A stretch of DNA of 64,000 nucleotides from Truepera sp. (lineage in GTDB: Bacteria > Deinococcota > Deinococci > Deinococcales > Trueperaceae): assembly GCA_965218435.1 (NCBI GenBank), contig CBDCKW010000009.1, positions 3,328,001-3,392,000 of the forward strand, in the 5' to 3' direction. Below are positions 1 through 10,297 of this stretch, in pieces. A program made the position numbers and the translations under genes. Under the pieces are notes generated by a model. It ran no database searches, was not told the origin of the DNA, and saw nothing but the letters and a program-made list of their open reading frames with translations. The number at the start of each line of letters is the position of its first letter. Position 1 is the first letter of the stretch.

Positions 1-2004
1 TTTCCGGCAGTGGCACAACGTGCGTTAGAAACGCTGCGGCGCACCGAGCCGCGTACCTTAAGCCCTCTCGAGCTGGCCTTTTTAGACGCGGTCCCGGGTG
101 AGCCGGGGTACTGGCGGCCGTTTTCCCGGCAGTTTTCACAGGTTTTAAGGGACCAGTTGGGGACCGCTGACCCGGAGCGGTTTCGCAGCCTGAGCCGCGC
201 GGCGGGCCGCCTTTACGAGGCGGAGGCGCACGCCGCGCCGCGTAGCGACGCAGCCGCGCGCTACGCCTACTACCTTTTTGCGGCCCGGGCTTGGCCCGAA
301 CTGCTGGCTTGGACTGAGCACGCCCCCGCACCGCAACCCCTGTTACAGCGGCTCTGGCAGACTGCTCAGGTTGAACTAAGCAGCGAACCGAACAGCGGCG
401 CAGACCTGATTAGCACGGTCGCGTTGCGCGTTGCGTCTTACTACGTGCGGCTCGGCAGCCCTGAACACCCCGACGCGCGTTCGGCCCTCGAGGTGCTCGC
501 CGCCTCGAGCCGTCCCGAACTCCGCAACTGGGCGCTCGTCAAACGGGCCGAGAGTGCTCTGCAAGAGGGCCGTTTTGGGGAGGCTGAAACCCTGTTAGAC
601 AGCTGGCACGAGGTCGGTGGGCTAGGACTCGCCACCGAAGTGGCCCTGTTACGCGCCAACCTCGCCCGCTGGCATTCGCGCCTGTCGGACGCTGCCGTCC
701 ACGCCCAAAGCAGCATTGACACGCTGGCTGCTGCGGTGCCGGGGCCTTCAGAGAACACAGAGACCGGCGTTGACCCGCTTTTGGCGGCGCGGATCAGGCT
801 TTGGGCCGGACTCGTTGCCAAAGACCGGGGCGAGTGGACAGAGGCGCTCAGTCACTTTCACGCCGCCCAAACCAGCGACGAACTTTTCCTCGCTCGCCTC
901 CGGTTTCAAGAGGCCGATGTGCTCTACAGTCTGGGTCGACTCGGTGAGGCGCACGCGGCCCTAAACGACGCCGTAAGCTGGAGCACGCGGGGAGAAGCCC
1001 CGGCTTTTGAGCGGGCGCGCTACCAAGCGCGGCGCGGCACGCTCGCGCGGCGGCGAGGTGAGCTTGGCGCAGCCCAAGCAGATTTTGCGGCGGCGCAGAC
1101 CGTCTTAGCGGAGACCGAACCGGGGTCTTCGTCGCTCAGACTCAGCTTCGAGCAGGCCAAGGTCCGAGACGAAGGGGCGCTCAATCTGCTGGCCGCAGGA
1201 CAGGCGGACGACGCGGTCGCTGCCTTACAAGAAAGTCAGGAGGCCTTTACGGCTTACGGTAGGCGTTACGACGTTGATCCGAGCTTCCGGGTACTGCGTA
1301 GCCGTCTGCGGCTGGCCGCCGCTTACGGCTGCCGCGCCCTCGCCCAGCGTTACGGGCTACTCGTCGGCCCTTACTACGATGAGCCTGCCTCACCCGATTT
1401 GCAAAGGGCGCAGCAGCTCATCGCAGAGGTCCTTAAGACGCTGGCAGCCGAGCCGGGGCGTTACGCGGGCCTCGTCACTACAGCGCGGCTCAGTGGGGGC
1501 CTCTTGCTTTTGCCTAGTCACGCCGTTCCCCAAGCAGAAGCGGCGCTGGCTGACGCCCGTTACCCTTATGGGCGAGGACTGGCCGGGGCATTTTACGCGG
1601 GCGCACTGTTACGCCGTGGCGACCCCGCACCGGCGCGCGTAGCCGTCGCGGAGGCGCGGCGCGACCTGCAAGACACGACTAACGGCGTCATTGACGACTA
1701 CGCTCTCTGCGCCTACCTCGCCTTGGTGGACGCAACCGCTCTCCTCCGTCTGGGCAGATGCTCTGGGGCGCACGAACGTATTCTTGAAGCCTTACAAAAC
1801 GCGCAGCTCGCGCCCTATCATGACCCTTTGCTCCGCCACTTCGGGAACGCGGCTGAACATTTAGGTGTCCAGCTCAGCGCCGCCGCCTTGGGCCTCGGCG
1901 ACGCGCCGCTACCGAGCACCCTCCGCCCCGCCGACGCCCTCGCCCTGCGCTGGCGGCAACAGCGCGTTATGCCCGCCACAGCCGACCTCGAGCCCTCACG
2001 ATGA
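1..2004 (+). CDS. Large helical-repeat (TPR-like) protein, 5'-truncated by the window edge
   Basis: Frame is open from base 1. Ala/Leu/Arg-rich repeated helical motifs (e.g. LGRLGEAHAAL, RGELGAAQADF) and no recognisable catalytic motif. Confidence 0.6.
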   Translation, partial: FPAVAQRALETLRRTEPRTLSPLELAFLDAVPGEPGYWRPFSRQFSQVLRDQLGTADPERFRSLSRAAGRLYEAEAHAAPRSDAAARYAYYLFAARAWPELLAWTEHAPAPQPLLQRLWQTAQVELSSEPNSGADLISTVALRVASYYVRLGSPEHPDARSALEVLAASSRPELRNWALVKRAESALQEGRFGEAETLLDSWHEVGGLGLATEVALLRANLARWHSRLSDAAVHAQSSIDTLAAAVPGPSENTETGVDPLLAARIRLWAGLVAKDRGEWTEALSHFHAAQTSDELFLARLRFQEADVLYSLGRLGEAHAALNDAVSWSTRGEAPAFERARYQARRGTLARRRGELGAAQADFAAAQTVLAETEPGSSSLRLSFEQAKVRDEGALNLLAAGQADDAVAALQESQEAFTAYGRRYDVDPSFRVLRSRLRLAAAYGCRALAQRYGLLVGPYYDEPASPDLQRAQQLIAEVLKTLAAEPGRYAGLVTTARLSGGLLLLPSHAVPQAEAALADARYPYGRGLAGAFYAGALLRRGDPAPARVAVAEARRDLQDTTNGVIDDYALCAYLALVDATALLRLGRCSGAHERILEALQNAQLAPYHDPLLRHFGNAAEHLGVQLSAAALGLGDAPLPSTLRPADALALRWRQQRVMPATADLEPSR

Positions 2005-2017
2005 CCGGCGGCGCACA

Positions 2018-3202
2018 ATGAGTCCGGCCACAGTGAGTCCGGCTCCGTGTGCGTTTGTCTATGCGCCCGCTTTGGGCGACTATGAACTCTCCGCCGAGCA
2101 CCCGTTCAAACCGGTCCGCCTCGAGCTGACCCGGACGCTGTTAGAGGCGTGTAACCTGTTAAGTGAAACCCAGATTTTCGCTCCCGACCCGTTCGCCGAA
2201 ACACAACTCCTAACGCTGCACGACCCGGCCTTCGTCGCGGCAGTGAAGGCGGCCTCGAGCGGTACCATGCCCGAAGACGCTCTGCAGTACGGCCTCGGCA
2301 CGTCTGACAACCCGGTCCCTTTGGGATTGCACGACGCCATTTTGCGTATCTGCGGCGCAACTCTGGCGGCTGTGCGGCTCGTCGCGTCGGGTCGGGCGAC
2401 GCGGGCGCTCAGCCTTTCAGGTGGCCTGCACCACGCAAGCAGGGCCAAGATGTCGGGGTTTTGTACCTATAATGACGTGGCGCTGGCTATTCACGAAGCC
2501 GTCACGCAGTACGGGTTGCGCGTCGCTTACCTTGACCTCGACGCCCACCACGGCGACGGGGTACAAGAGCTCTTTTACGCCTCGGGTAAGGTCATGACCG
2601 TGAGCGTCCACGAATCGGGGCGGTATCTGTTTCCCGGAACCGGGTTTACCTTTGAGGTCGGGCGCGGGGCGGGGCGGGGGCTCAGTGTGAATGTACCGCT
2701 CGAGCCCTTTACCGAAGACGCGTCGTACTTGGAAACGCTAGAGACCGTGTTGCCCAAAGCCTTAGCCGCCTTTCAGCCCGACCTGATCGTCCTCCAAGCC
2801 GGGGCCGATATGCACCGCTACGACCCGCTGACCGATCTTCATCTGAGCGTTCAAGGCGTCGCTGAGAGTTACCGGCTGGTAAGCCGTTTAGCCGACGAGT
2901 TTTGCGGCGGGCGACTGGTAGCAACGGGCGGCGGCGGGTACGACCCGTACCGGACGGTGCCGCGCGTCTGGGCGCAGCTGTGGGGGGCGCTCACGGGTCA
3001 AAGTGTCCCTGGGGAGGTTCCAACAGCGTGGCGTAGAGCGTGGGAGCACAAACTCGGCGTAACGCTGCCGACGACCTTTGCCGACGATACGGGCGCGTGG
3101 CCCCGAAGCCCGAGACGGCAGCAGATTGAAGCCGCGAACCGCCTTACCGTGCGTAAACTCTTGGCGGCGCTCCAACCGATTTGGCTCGAGCAGAACGTTT
3201 AA
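2018..3202 (+). CDS. acuC: AcuC / histone-deacetylase-family Zn-dependent deacetylase
   Basis: Motifs HPFKP, GGLHH, GFC, DLDAHHGDG, QAGAD, GGGGY. ATG 2018 chosen over the ORF-track start (1865) because it follows the upstream stop. Confidence 0.88.
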   Translation: MSPATVSPAPCAFVYAPALGDYELSAEHPFKPVRLELTRTLLEACNLLSETQIFAPDPFAETQLLTLHDPAFVAAVKAASSGTMPEDALQYGLGTSDNPVPLGLHDAILRICGATLAAVRLVASGRATRALSLSGGLHHASRAKMSGFCTYNDVALAIHEAVTQYGLRVAYLDLDAHHGDGVQELFYASGKVMTVSVHESGRYLFPGTGFTFEVGRGAGRGLSVNVPLEPFTEDASYLETLETVLPKALAAFQPDLIVLQAGADMHRYDPLTDLHLSVQGVAESYRLVSRLADEFCGGRLVATGGGGYDPYRTVPRVWAQLWGALTGQSVPGEVPTAWRRAWEHKLGVTLPTTFADDTGAWPRSPRRQQIEAANRLTVRKLLAALQPIWLEQNV

Positions 3203-3209
3203 GCAAGCA

Positions 3210-4004
3210 TCAGGTCACGACGTTGAGCCAACCCCCGTCCACGTAATACGTTGACCCGACGCTGTAACTCGCCCGGTCCGAGCACAAAAAGACGAAGAAG
3301 TTCGCCAGCTCTTCTGCGGTCCCAAAGCGTCCAATCGGCGCGTTCGCCTCGGCAATTCCGGCCAGGTAATCCTGCCACGTCACGTCTTTGTCTTGGGTTA
3401 AAAGCTTCGCGGTTTTCTCCCAATCGGGCGTTTGGATCAAACCGGGATTCACCGTATTGACGCGGATGTGGTCTCCAATCAGCTCGTTCGCTAAACATTT
3501 GGAAAACATTGCCAAGGCCGCTTTTGAGACGTTGTAGATGGGTTCGTAGCCGAGCGGTTGCGACGCGCAGATGGACGCGTTATTTAAGATGACGCCACCG
3601 CCGCGCGAGCGCATCGAGGGCACCAGCGCCTTTGACAGCCGCACCGCCGCCATCAGGTGCAGGTCTAGGTAATACGCCCACTTCTCGTCGTCGGCCTCCA
3701 TGATGGTCTCTTCACTACCGGTGCCCGCGTTGTTGATTAAAATGTCTACGCCGCCAAAGGTCTCGAGCACCGTGTCTGAAAACCGCGTGATGTCTTCCGT
3801 CCGGCTCATATCCGCTCCCACGCCGAGCGTTTCGACGTTGTAAGTTTCTGCAAGCCGCGCCGCCTCACGTTTGACCCTTGCTTCATCACGGGCGCAGAGC
3901 GCCAGCTTGACCCCTTCTTGCGCCAACCCTTCGGCGACCGCCAACCCGATTCCGACGCTGCCCCCGGTCACGACCGCCACCTTACCGCCCAGTCCTAGAT
4001 CCAC
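3210..4004 (-). CDS. Short-chain dehydrogenase/reductase (SDR)
   Basis: TGGSVGIG, NNAG and YNVSK motifs; GGAGG SD upstream of GTG. Confidence 0.92.
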   Translation of the reverse strand: MDLGLGGKVAVVTGGSVGIGLAVAEGLAQEGVKLALCARDEARVKREAARLAETYNVETLGVGADMSRTEDITRFSDTVLETFGGVDILINNAGTGSEETIMEADDEKWAYYLDLHLMAAVRLSKALVPSMRSRGGGVILNNASICASQPLGYEPIYNVSKAALAMFSKCLANELIGDHIRVNTVNPGLIQTPDWEKTAKLLTQDKDVTWQDYLAGIAEANAPIGRFGTAEELANFFVFLCSDRASYSVGSTYYVDGGWLNVVT

Positions 4005-4119
4005 GGTTCCTCCCTACCTATCTGAGATGCCCTATCTTTTCATATCTGGGGACGCCCGTGCCAGCCAACCTGTAAGACAGAGGCTTTTTGTCTTTGCACA
4101 GGTAAGCTTGACTAGAGAC

Positions 4120-5058
4120 GTGGAGCAGCACCGCGTCACCTTATCCGCAACGCCGCCCTTTTCGTTTAGGCGGACCTTCGCTTTCATCCACGCGTTTTAC
4201 GCCCGCGATTACGAGCGGGTTCCGGCGCACCGGCAGCTTCAGGGCGAGACGCTCCGGCGCGTCGTGAGCGTGTGCGGCGTGCCAGTGCTTTTTGAAGTGC
4301 GTGCTGTAGAGGAAGGACTCGAGCTCACCCTCTACGCCGCAGAGCTGAGTGACGCACTTGTCGCCGCCGCTTCCGAGCGCGTGCGCTTTTATCTGGGACT
4401 TGAAGACGACTTGACACCGCTCTATAGCCGCGCCGACCCGGTTTTTGAGGGTGTGGTTAGAACCTGGCACGGTTACCACATGCTCAAAGTCCTGACGCCG
4501 TTTGAGGCCGCGTGTTGGGCGCTCATTCAGCAGCGCACGCCTAACGGCTTTGCCCACAAAACGATGGCGCGACTCGCTGAGAGTTTTGGCGGCAGCCTGG
4601 TTTGTGAAGGCGAAACGTATACGGCGTTTCCTGAAGCGCAGGCGCTGGTGGATAATCCGCAGGCACGGGTCCTGGCCGCTACCAACAACACCCGCAAGAC
4701 CGAACGCCTACTGCACGTCATTCGCGCCTTTTCCACCGCCGACGAAACCTTTTTACGCGCCGCGCCCTACGGCGAGGTGGCCGCGTGGCTCGGCAGCATC
4801 AAAGGCTTGGGGGCGTGGTCGGTGGACTTTATCATGCTCCGGGGTTTAGGCCGTTTTGAACGGGTGCCGTGGACCGATACCGGGATGTTAGAGGCCATTT
4901 CAAAGGTTTATACTCAGGGTTTCGACATCAGCTTGGGGCACGCCCGCGAACTTGCGGAGCGTTACGGACGCGTTCAGGGACTGTGGGCGCACTATGTTAA
5001 GACGTCTGCGTACAGTTCAGGCCCCCCGGAAGGTGCTACACTGCGTAAAGATGAATGA
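4120..5058 (+). CDS. AlkA-type DNA-3-methyladenine glycosylase (HhH-GPD)
   Basis: PFEAACWALIQQ, HhH motif IKGLGAWS, PWTD catalytic Asp. Start placed at GTG 4120. Confidence 0.85.
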   Translation: MEQHRVTLSATPPFSFRRTFAFIHAFYARDYERVPAHRQLQGETLRRVVSVCGVPVLFEVRAVEEGLELTLYAAELSDALVAAASERVRFYLGLEDDLTPLYSRADPVFEGVVRTWHGYHMLKVLTPFEAACWALIQQRTPNGFAHKTMARLAESFGGSLVCEGETYTAFPEAQALVDNPQARVLAATNNTRKTERLLHVIRAFSTADETFLRAAPYGEVAAWLGSIKGLGAWSVDFIMLRGLGRFERVPWTDTGMLEAISKVYTQGFDISLGHARELAERYGRVQGLWAHYVKTSAYSSGPPEGATLRKDE

Positions 5059-5138
5059 CGTACAAAAAGCAGAACCCCCCAGTTCCCTCTACCCTTTGAA
5101 TCCCTACTCAACTCTCCTAACCCAGCTCGAGGACGTGC

Positions 5139-6485
5139 GTGCTTAACGTCTTAGTAATCTTTTTACTGATCCTCGTTAATGGGCTTTTTGCCATGAGCGA
5201 GATGGCGGTCGTCTCGTCACGCAAACCCAAACTGCAAAAGTTGGCCGAAGAGGGCAACCGCCGCGCCGCCAACGCGCTCGCCTTAGCGCAAGACCCCAAC
5301 CGCTTTTTATCTACCGTTCAGGTCGGTATCACGCTCGTCGGCGTTGGCTCGGGTGCGTTCGGGGCGGCGTCTTTAGCTGGGCCACTGAGTAATCTGCTCG
5401 GCAAGCTCGGGTTAGCTAGAGCGGTCAGCTATCCGCTCAGTTTCGGCGTTCTGATCGTCACGATTACCTATATCTCGCTCGTGGTCGGTGAGCTCGTTCC
5501 CAAACGGCTCGCCCTCAATGACCCCGAACGCGTGGCGATGAACATTGCCGGGTTGATGAGCCGGGTATCGCGGATTGCGACGCCACTCGTCCGGTTGTTG
5601 TCGTTTTCAACCGAAGGTCTACTACGACTCGTCGGGGCAAAACAGAGCAGTGACCCGCCGGTCAGCGAAGAGGAGATCAATTCGCTCCTTCAACAGGGCG
5701 CTGATGCGGGCGTGTTTGAAGCGAGCGAACAGGCGATCGTTGAAAACTTATTCTGGCTCGGCGACCAGTACGTCTCGTCTATTATGACGCCCCGCCGCGA
5801 CATCGGTTGGCTCGAGGTTGACAGCGATACCGCGACCCTCAAATCGCACCTGGACGCCTACAGCTATTCGCGCATCTTGGTCTGCCGCGGCGACCTAGAC
5901 GCCATCGTCGGAATGGTGCATACCCGCAGCTTGCTCAAAGGCTGTATGGAAGGTAGACCCTTAGACCTCGAGGCGACGAGTAAAAAGCCGTTGTTCGTGC
6001 CCGAAACGCTGCCGGTCTTAAAACTTTTAGAGCAGTACCGCGAGAGCGGTACCCACGTTGCAGTCGTCGTCAACGAATACGGCCACACCGAAGGTTTAGT
6101 GACCTTAAACGACGTGCTCGAGGGTCTAGTCGGCGACCTACCCGAACCCGATGAACTCGACTCCGAATACGTTTCGCAGCGTGAGGACGGCACCTATCTG
6201 CTCGACGGACTGTTAGAAGTTGACGACCTCAAAGACCTTTTACACCTTAAAACGTTGCCCCGCGAAGACGAGAGCGACTTTCGTACGCTTGGCGGATTTG
6301 TCACCTCGTATATGGACCGTATCCCCTCAGAGTCCGAGAGTTTCGAGGCGGAAGGCTGGCGTTTTGAAGTTATAGACATGGACGGTTCCCGCGTCGACAA
6401 GCTGCTCGTTTCGCCGGAGCCGGAGGCGTTAGAGGGCAAAGACGAAGCCCAACTTGAGCCGGATTCCAACAAAGCAGATAGATAG
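5139..6485 (+). CDS. HlyC/CorC (CNNM-CBS) family membrane protein
   Basis: NGLFAMSEMA, STVQVGIT, GELVPK, paired CBS domains, C-terminal CorC domain (TLGGFV). Confidence 0.92.
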   Translation: MLNVLVIFLLILVNGLFAMSEMAVVSSRKPKLQKLAEEGNRRAANALALAQDPNRFLSTVQVGITLVGVGSGAFGAASLAGPLSNLLGKLGLARAVSYPLSFGVLIVTITYISLVVGELVPKRLALNDPERVAMNIAGLMSRVSRIATPLVRLLSFSTEGLLRLVGAKQSSDPPVSEEEINSLLQQGADAGVFEASEQAIVENLFWLGDQYVSSIMTPRRDIGWLEVDSDTATLKSHLDAYSYSRILVCRGDLDAIVGMVHTRSLLKGCMEGRPLDLEATSKKPLFVPETLPVLKLLEQYRESGTHVAVVVNEYGHTEGLVTLNDVLEGLVGDLPEPDELDSEYVSQREDGTYLLDGLLEVDDLKDLLHLKTLPREDESDFRTLGGFVTSYMDRIPSESESFEAEGWRFEVIDMDGSRVDKLLVSPEPEALEGKDEAQLEPDSNKADR

Positions 6486-7004
6486 GCTCGAGTACAGGTT
6501 TAGGATATTCAGGCTTTTCTGCTCGAGGCTGGCGTTCGGTCCAACTCAAATCTCTTACGGTTTACACACAGCTGCTGAAGTACGCTATGGACATCCGTTA
6601 TCTACCGAATCAGCTCGAGCTCGGCCGAGCCGAAAAGCGCAGACGGTTGATACGCCCGTACTCGGGCGCGGCCCGTTTGCTCTCTGCTCCGAAGGGTTTT
6701 AGCTCCGGCGGCGTTTCGAGAATAGCCGTATGCTCCGGCAGCAAACGTTTAACGCGCATCAGCTGACACTATAAAGTATCTATAATAATACTCCGGACAG
6801 GTTTTGACGCAAAATCCGCTTTGCCCGTCTGTGACGCAAATCCCTAAGTAGAAGTCGTATTTAGAAATGCCGTCTCTGACGCGCTTTCTATATAAGTGTC
6901 CGAAGTATTGTATAAAGTATTGTGAGCAGGCCGAGATGACACCGACATTCGGTAGACTCGTCTTAACGAACCCAAAAGCGTCACCGCGTTATGATGGAAT
7001 AATT

Positions 7005-9263
7005 GTGCCGGACACCGTAGACCATCCCCTTATCAGCGTACTGAACGAAGAGCAGCAGGCGGCGGCGACGCATTTTCAAGGCCCCGCGCTGGTTTTAGCT
7101 GGAGCAGGCTCGGGCAAGACGCGCACCGTCGTTCACCGCATCGCCTATCTGATGGAAGCACACGAGGTCTACCCGACTGAAATCCTAGCAGTAACCTTTA
7201 CCAACAAGGCGGCAGGCGAACTTAAAGAGCGCGTGCGTCATCTCATGGGAGAAAAAGCCAAAGACCTCTGGGTCAGCACTTTTCACTCGGCGTGCCTGCG
7301 GGTGTTGCGGAACTACGGGCCGCTGATCGGTTTAGAAAACGGCTTTGCGATTTACGATGATACGGATCAGCTCGAGGTGCTTAAAGAGATTTTAGAACGG
7401 GTTTCGGGGCTGGGTGACGCGAACCCACGCGTCTTGCGTTCACTGATTGACCGCGCCAAATCAAACCTTTGGACACCTACCGATTTAATGCGCGAAGGCG
7501 AACGGGTCTTAGGCGGGATGGTTGCCGGAATGCCCTTGGATTTGATTGCCGAAGCGTATGAACGTTACAGCTCACGGCTGCGGCAGGCGAACGCCGTGGA
7601 CTTTAACGACATCTTGGGCCGCACCGTCGAACTCTTCGACGCCTTCCCCGATGTGCTGCAAAAGGTGCAGCAGCGCGCCGTGTTTATCCACGTAGACGAA
7701 TACCAAGACACGAACACCGCGCAGTACCGCCTGACCAAACAGTTGGCAAGCAGCTACGGCAACCTGATGGTCGTCGGTGACCCCGATCAAAGTATCTACG
7801 CGTTTCGTGGGGCGGATGTGCGCAACATTTTAGATTTCCGCGACGACTATCCGGACGCGGCGGTGTACCGGCTCGAGCTCAACTACCGTTCGGTCAGCAG
7901 CGTCTTAGACCTCGCCAACGCGATTATCACCGCGAACGAAGGCCGGTTGGAAAAAAACCTCAAACCGGTCAAAGGTGCGGGGGAAGCGGTCAAGCTCTAC
8001 CGCGCTTCTGACCACCGCGCCGAGGCCGACTTCGTGGCGCGGCAGATCGAACGGCTCCAAACAGGCACCCTGACGCCGAACAGCTTTGCGATCTTGTACC
8101 GCACGAACTCCCAGTCTCGAGTGTTAGAAGAGTCGCTCCGCCGCGCCGGAATCCCAGCTAAAATCGTCGGCGGCGTCGGCTTTTACGAACGCCGTGAGGT
8201 CAAAGATATGCTCTCTTACGCACGGGCGACGCTCAATCCAGCCGACGACATCGCGTGGCGGCGCGTCTTAAACCGGCCCAAACGCGGCATCGGCAAAACC
8301 AGCGAGGACAACCTGACGGCGTGGGCAGCCAAACACGACACGCGCTTCTCCGACGCCGTGCGCCAGAGCGAAGAAGTCTTACGCGGCACGCCCGCCGTCA
8401 AACGCATCAAAGAGTTTGCCGAGCTGATGGACGACCTCAAAGAAGCCGCCGAATCGCTCCCGGCAGCGCAGTTTCTTAAAGCGGTGATGGATCAGTCGGG
8501 CTATATGCAGTCCCTCAAAGACGAACGATCGTTCGAGGCGCAGGGCCGGATTGAGAACCTGGACGAACTGATCAGCGCCGTGACCGAGTGGCAGGAGGAG
8601 ACGGGCGGCTCGATTGGTGAATTTTTAGACGAGGCGTCTTTGATGGCAAGCGTAGACGACCGCGCGGTCAAAGCCGTCAATAAGGGCGACGTGCCCGAAG
8701 AAGCGGTCACGCTGATGACCCTGCATAACGCCAAGGGGCTCGAGTTTCCCGTAGTGTTCCTAGTCGGGATGGAAGAGAACCTGATTCCGCACCGCTCATC
8801 TACCGGCTCGCTGCAAGAGATCGAAGAGGAGCGCCGCCTTCTTTACGTCGGCATCACCCGCGCTCAAGAGGAGCTCTTTTTAGTCAACTGCGAGTCCCGT
8901 ATGAGTTTCGGCCGCACCGAGTTCGCGCGTCCGAGCCGCTTTTTAGAAGACGTCCCCAAAACGATGCTTCAAGAGATTGACATCTTTGGCCAAGACCTGA
9001 GCGAAGCGAAGCTGAACAAATACAGCCGCGCAGTCTGGGCACCGCCGAGCACTTCAGGTGAGGCTAAGGCAAATGGTAGTGCGGACGCTAAGTCCGGCGA
9101 CAGTTACCGGGGTGGCGAAAAGGTCACACACCCTAAGTTTGGCACCGGGACGGTCGTCGGTGTGTCGGGGGACGGGCCTCGAGCGGAGATCACCGTCGTC
9201 TTCAAAGAAGCCGGACCCAAACGGTTACTCATCAAATACGCCAACTTGAGCCCGGCAGCCTAG
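7005..9263 (+). CDS. pcrA: ATP-dependent DNA helicase PcrA/UvrD
   Basis: AGAGSGKT, TFTNKAA, VDEYQD, GDPDQSIY, NYRS, HNAKGLEF, YVGITRA and C-terminal HPKFGTG Tudor domain. Start at GTG 7005 is approximate. Confidence 0.93.
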   Translation: MPDTVDHPLISVLNEEQQAAATHFQGPALVLAGAGSGKTRTVVHRIAYLMEAHEVYPTEILAVTFTNKAAGELKERVRHLMGEKAKDLWVSTFHSACLRVLRNYGPLIGLENGFAIYDDTDQLEVLKEILERVSGLGDANPRVLRSLIDRAKSNLWTPTDLMREGERVLGGMVAGMPLDLIAEAYERYSSRLRQANAVDFNDILGRTVELFDAFPDVLQKVQQRAVFIHVDEYQDTNTAQYRLTKQLASSYGNLMVVGDPDQSIYAFRGADVRNILDFRDDYPDAAVYRLELNYRSVSSVLDLANAIITANEGRLEKNLKPVKGAGEAVKLYRASDHRAEADFVARQIERLQTGTLTPNSFAILYRTNSQSRVLEESLRRAGIPAKIVGGVGFYERREVKDMLSYARATLNPADDIAWRRVLNRPKRGIGKTSEDNLTAWAAKHDTRFSDAVRQSEEVLRGTPAVKRIKEFAELMDDLKEAAESLPAAQFLKAVMDQSGYMQSLKDERSFEAQGRIENLDELISAVTEWQEETGGSIGEFLDEASLMASVDDRAVKAVNKGDVPEEAVTLMTLHNAKGLEFPVVFLVGMEENLIPHRSSTGSLQEIEEERRLLYVGITRAQEELFLVNCESRMSFGRTEFARPSRFLEDVPKTMLQEIDIFGQDLSEAKLNKYSRAVWAPPSTSGEAKANGSADAKSGDSYRGGEKVTHPKFGTGTVVGVSGDGPRAEITVVFKEAGPKRLLIKYANLSPAA

Positions 9264-9493
9264 CTCGCATTGCCCTTCTAAAATCGGCGGACGGCGTTTG
9301 CCAGGTAAAACAGAGAAGCGTTCAGAAGTTGACGACTCGAGAAGGGAAGCGGCGTCTCTCACACGTTCACAACATTACGGCAAAAGCGGGAGGTCAAGAC
9401 AGTCCAGACCTTTAGAGCTAGAGCTTAGAAGCAGAGTGTTACAATCTTACGACTTGGCTAGAGGTTCGGGTTGACTGAGCCGAAGGAGGAACA

Positions 9494-10297
9494 TTGAACG
9501 CTAAAGCAATCGTCGTCACCTCGGGCAAGGGGGGCGTCGGCAAAACGACGACGACCGCCAACGTCGGAGCGGCGCTCGCACAACTCGGGGAAAAAGTCGT
9601 CGTGATTGATACCGACGTTGGACTCCGCAACCTAGACGTGGTGATGGGACTTGAAGGCCGCGTCGTTTACGACCTCATTGACGTGTTTGAAGGGCGCTGC
9701 AAACTTAAACAGGCGCTGATTCGGGACAAACGCGTCGAGAATTTGTACCTACTCGCCGCGTCACAAACGCGCGATAAAAGCGCCCTGTCCGAAGAGCGGA
9801 TGCAAGAGACGGTGCAAAAGCTTTTGGACGAAGAAGAGTTCGACCGCATCTTGATAGATTCTCCGGCGGGGATCGAGTCAGGGTTTCAAACTGCGGCGAG
9901 CGCCGCCCAAGGTGCCCTCGTGGTTGTCAACCCCGAGGTCAGCAGCGTCCGTGACGCCGACCGTATTATCGGACTGTTAGAAGCTCGAGGCATTACCGAA
10001 GTCAAGTGCATCATCAACCGGTTGCGCCCGGCGATGGTCAAACGCGGCGACATGCTAGAAGTTGACGACGTCTTGGAAATCCTCGGGATCAAACTTATCG
10101 GGATTGTCCCCGAAGACGAAGAGATTATCGTTTCGACCAACATCGGGAGCCCCATCAGTTTAGAAGGTAAGTCGGGGGCTGGTGACGCGTTTCGCAGCAT
10201 CGCCAAACGGGTCCAGGGCCAAGACATCCCGCACGCCGCGTTAGAGAGCAAAAAAGGCTTGATGTCTTACTTGCGCCGCATTTTGGGGATGGACTGA
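9494..10297 (+). CDS. minD: Septum site-determining ATPase MinD
   Basis: [26 protein letters not shown]-terminal amphipathic helix; GAAGGAGG SD before TTG. Confidence 0.95.
   Translation: MNAKAIVVTSGKGGVGKTTTTANVGAALAQLGEKVVVIDTDVGLRNLDVVMGLEGRVVYDLIDVFEGRCKLKQALIRDKRVENLYLLAASQTRDKSALSEERMQETVQKLLDEEEFDRILIDSPAGIESGFQTAASAAQGALVVVNPEVSSVRDADRIIGLLEARGITEVKCIINRLRPAMVKRGDMLEVDDVLEILGIKLIGIVPEDEEIIVSTNIGSPISLEGKSGAGDAFRSIAKRVQGQDIPHAALESKKGLMSYLRRILGMD

Noticed and set aside
6963..6983. RDRM-like TTAACG...CGTCA before pcrA/uvrD
   Set aside because: Arm spacing is longer than the 17-bp RDRM.
9264..9493. Absence of minC next to minDE
   Set aside because: minC may simply be elsewhere; cannot be judged from one window.
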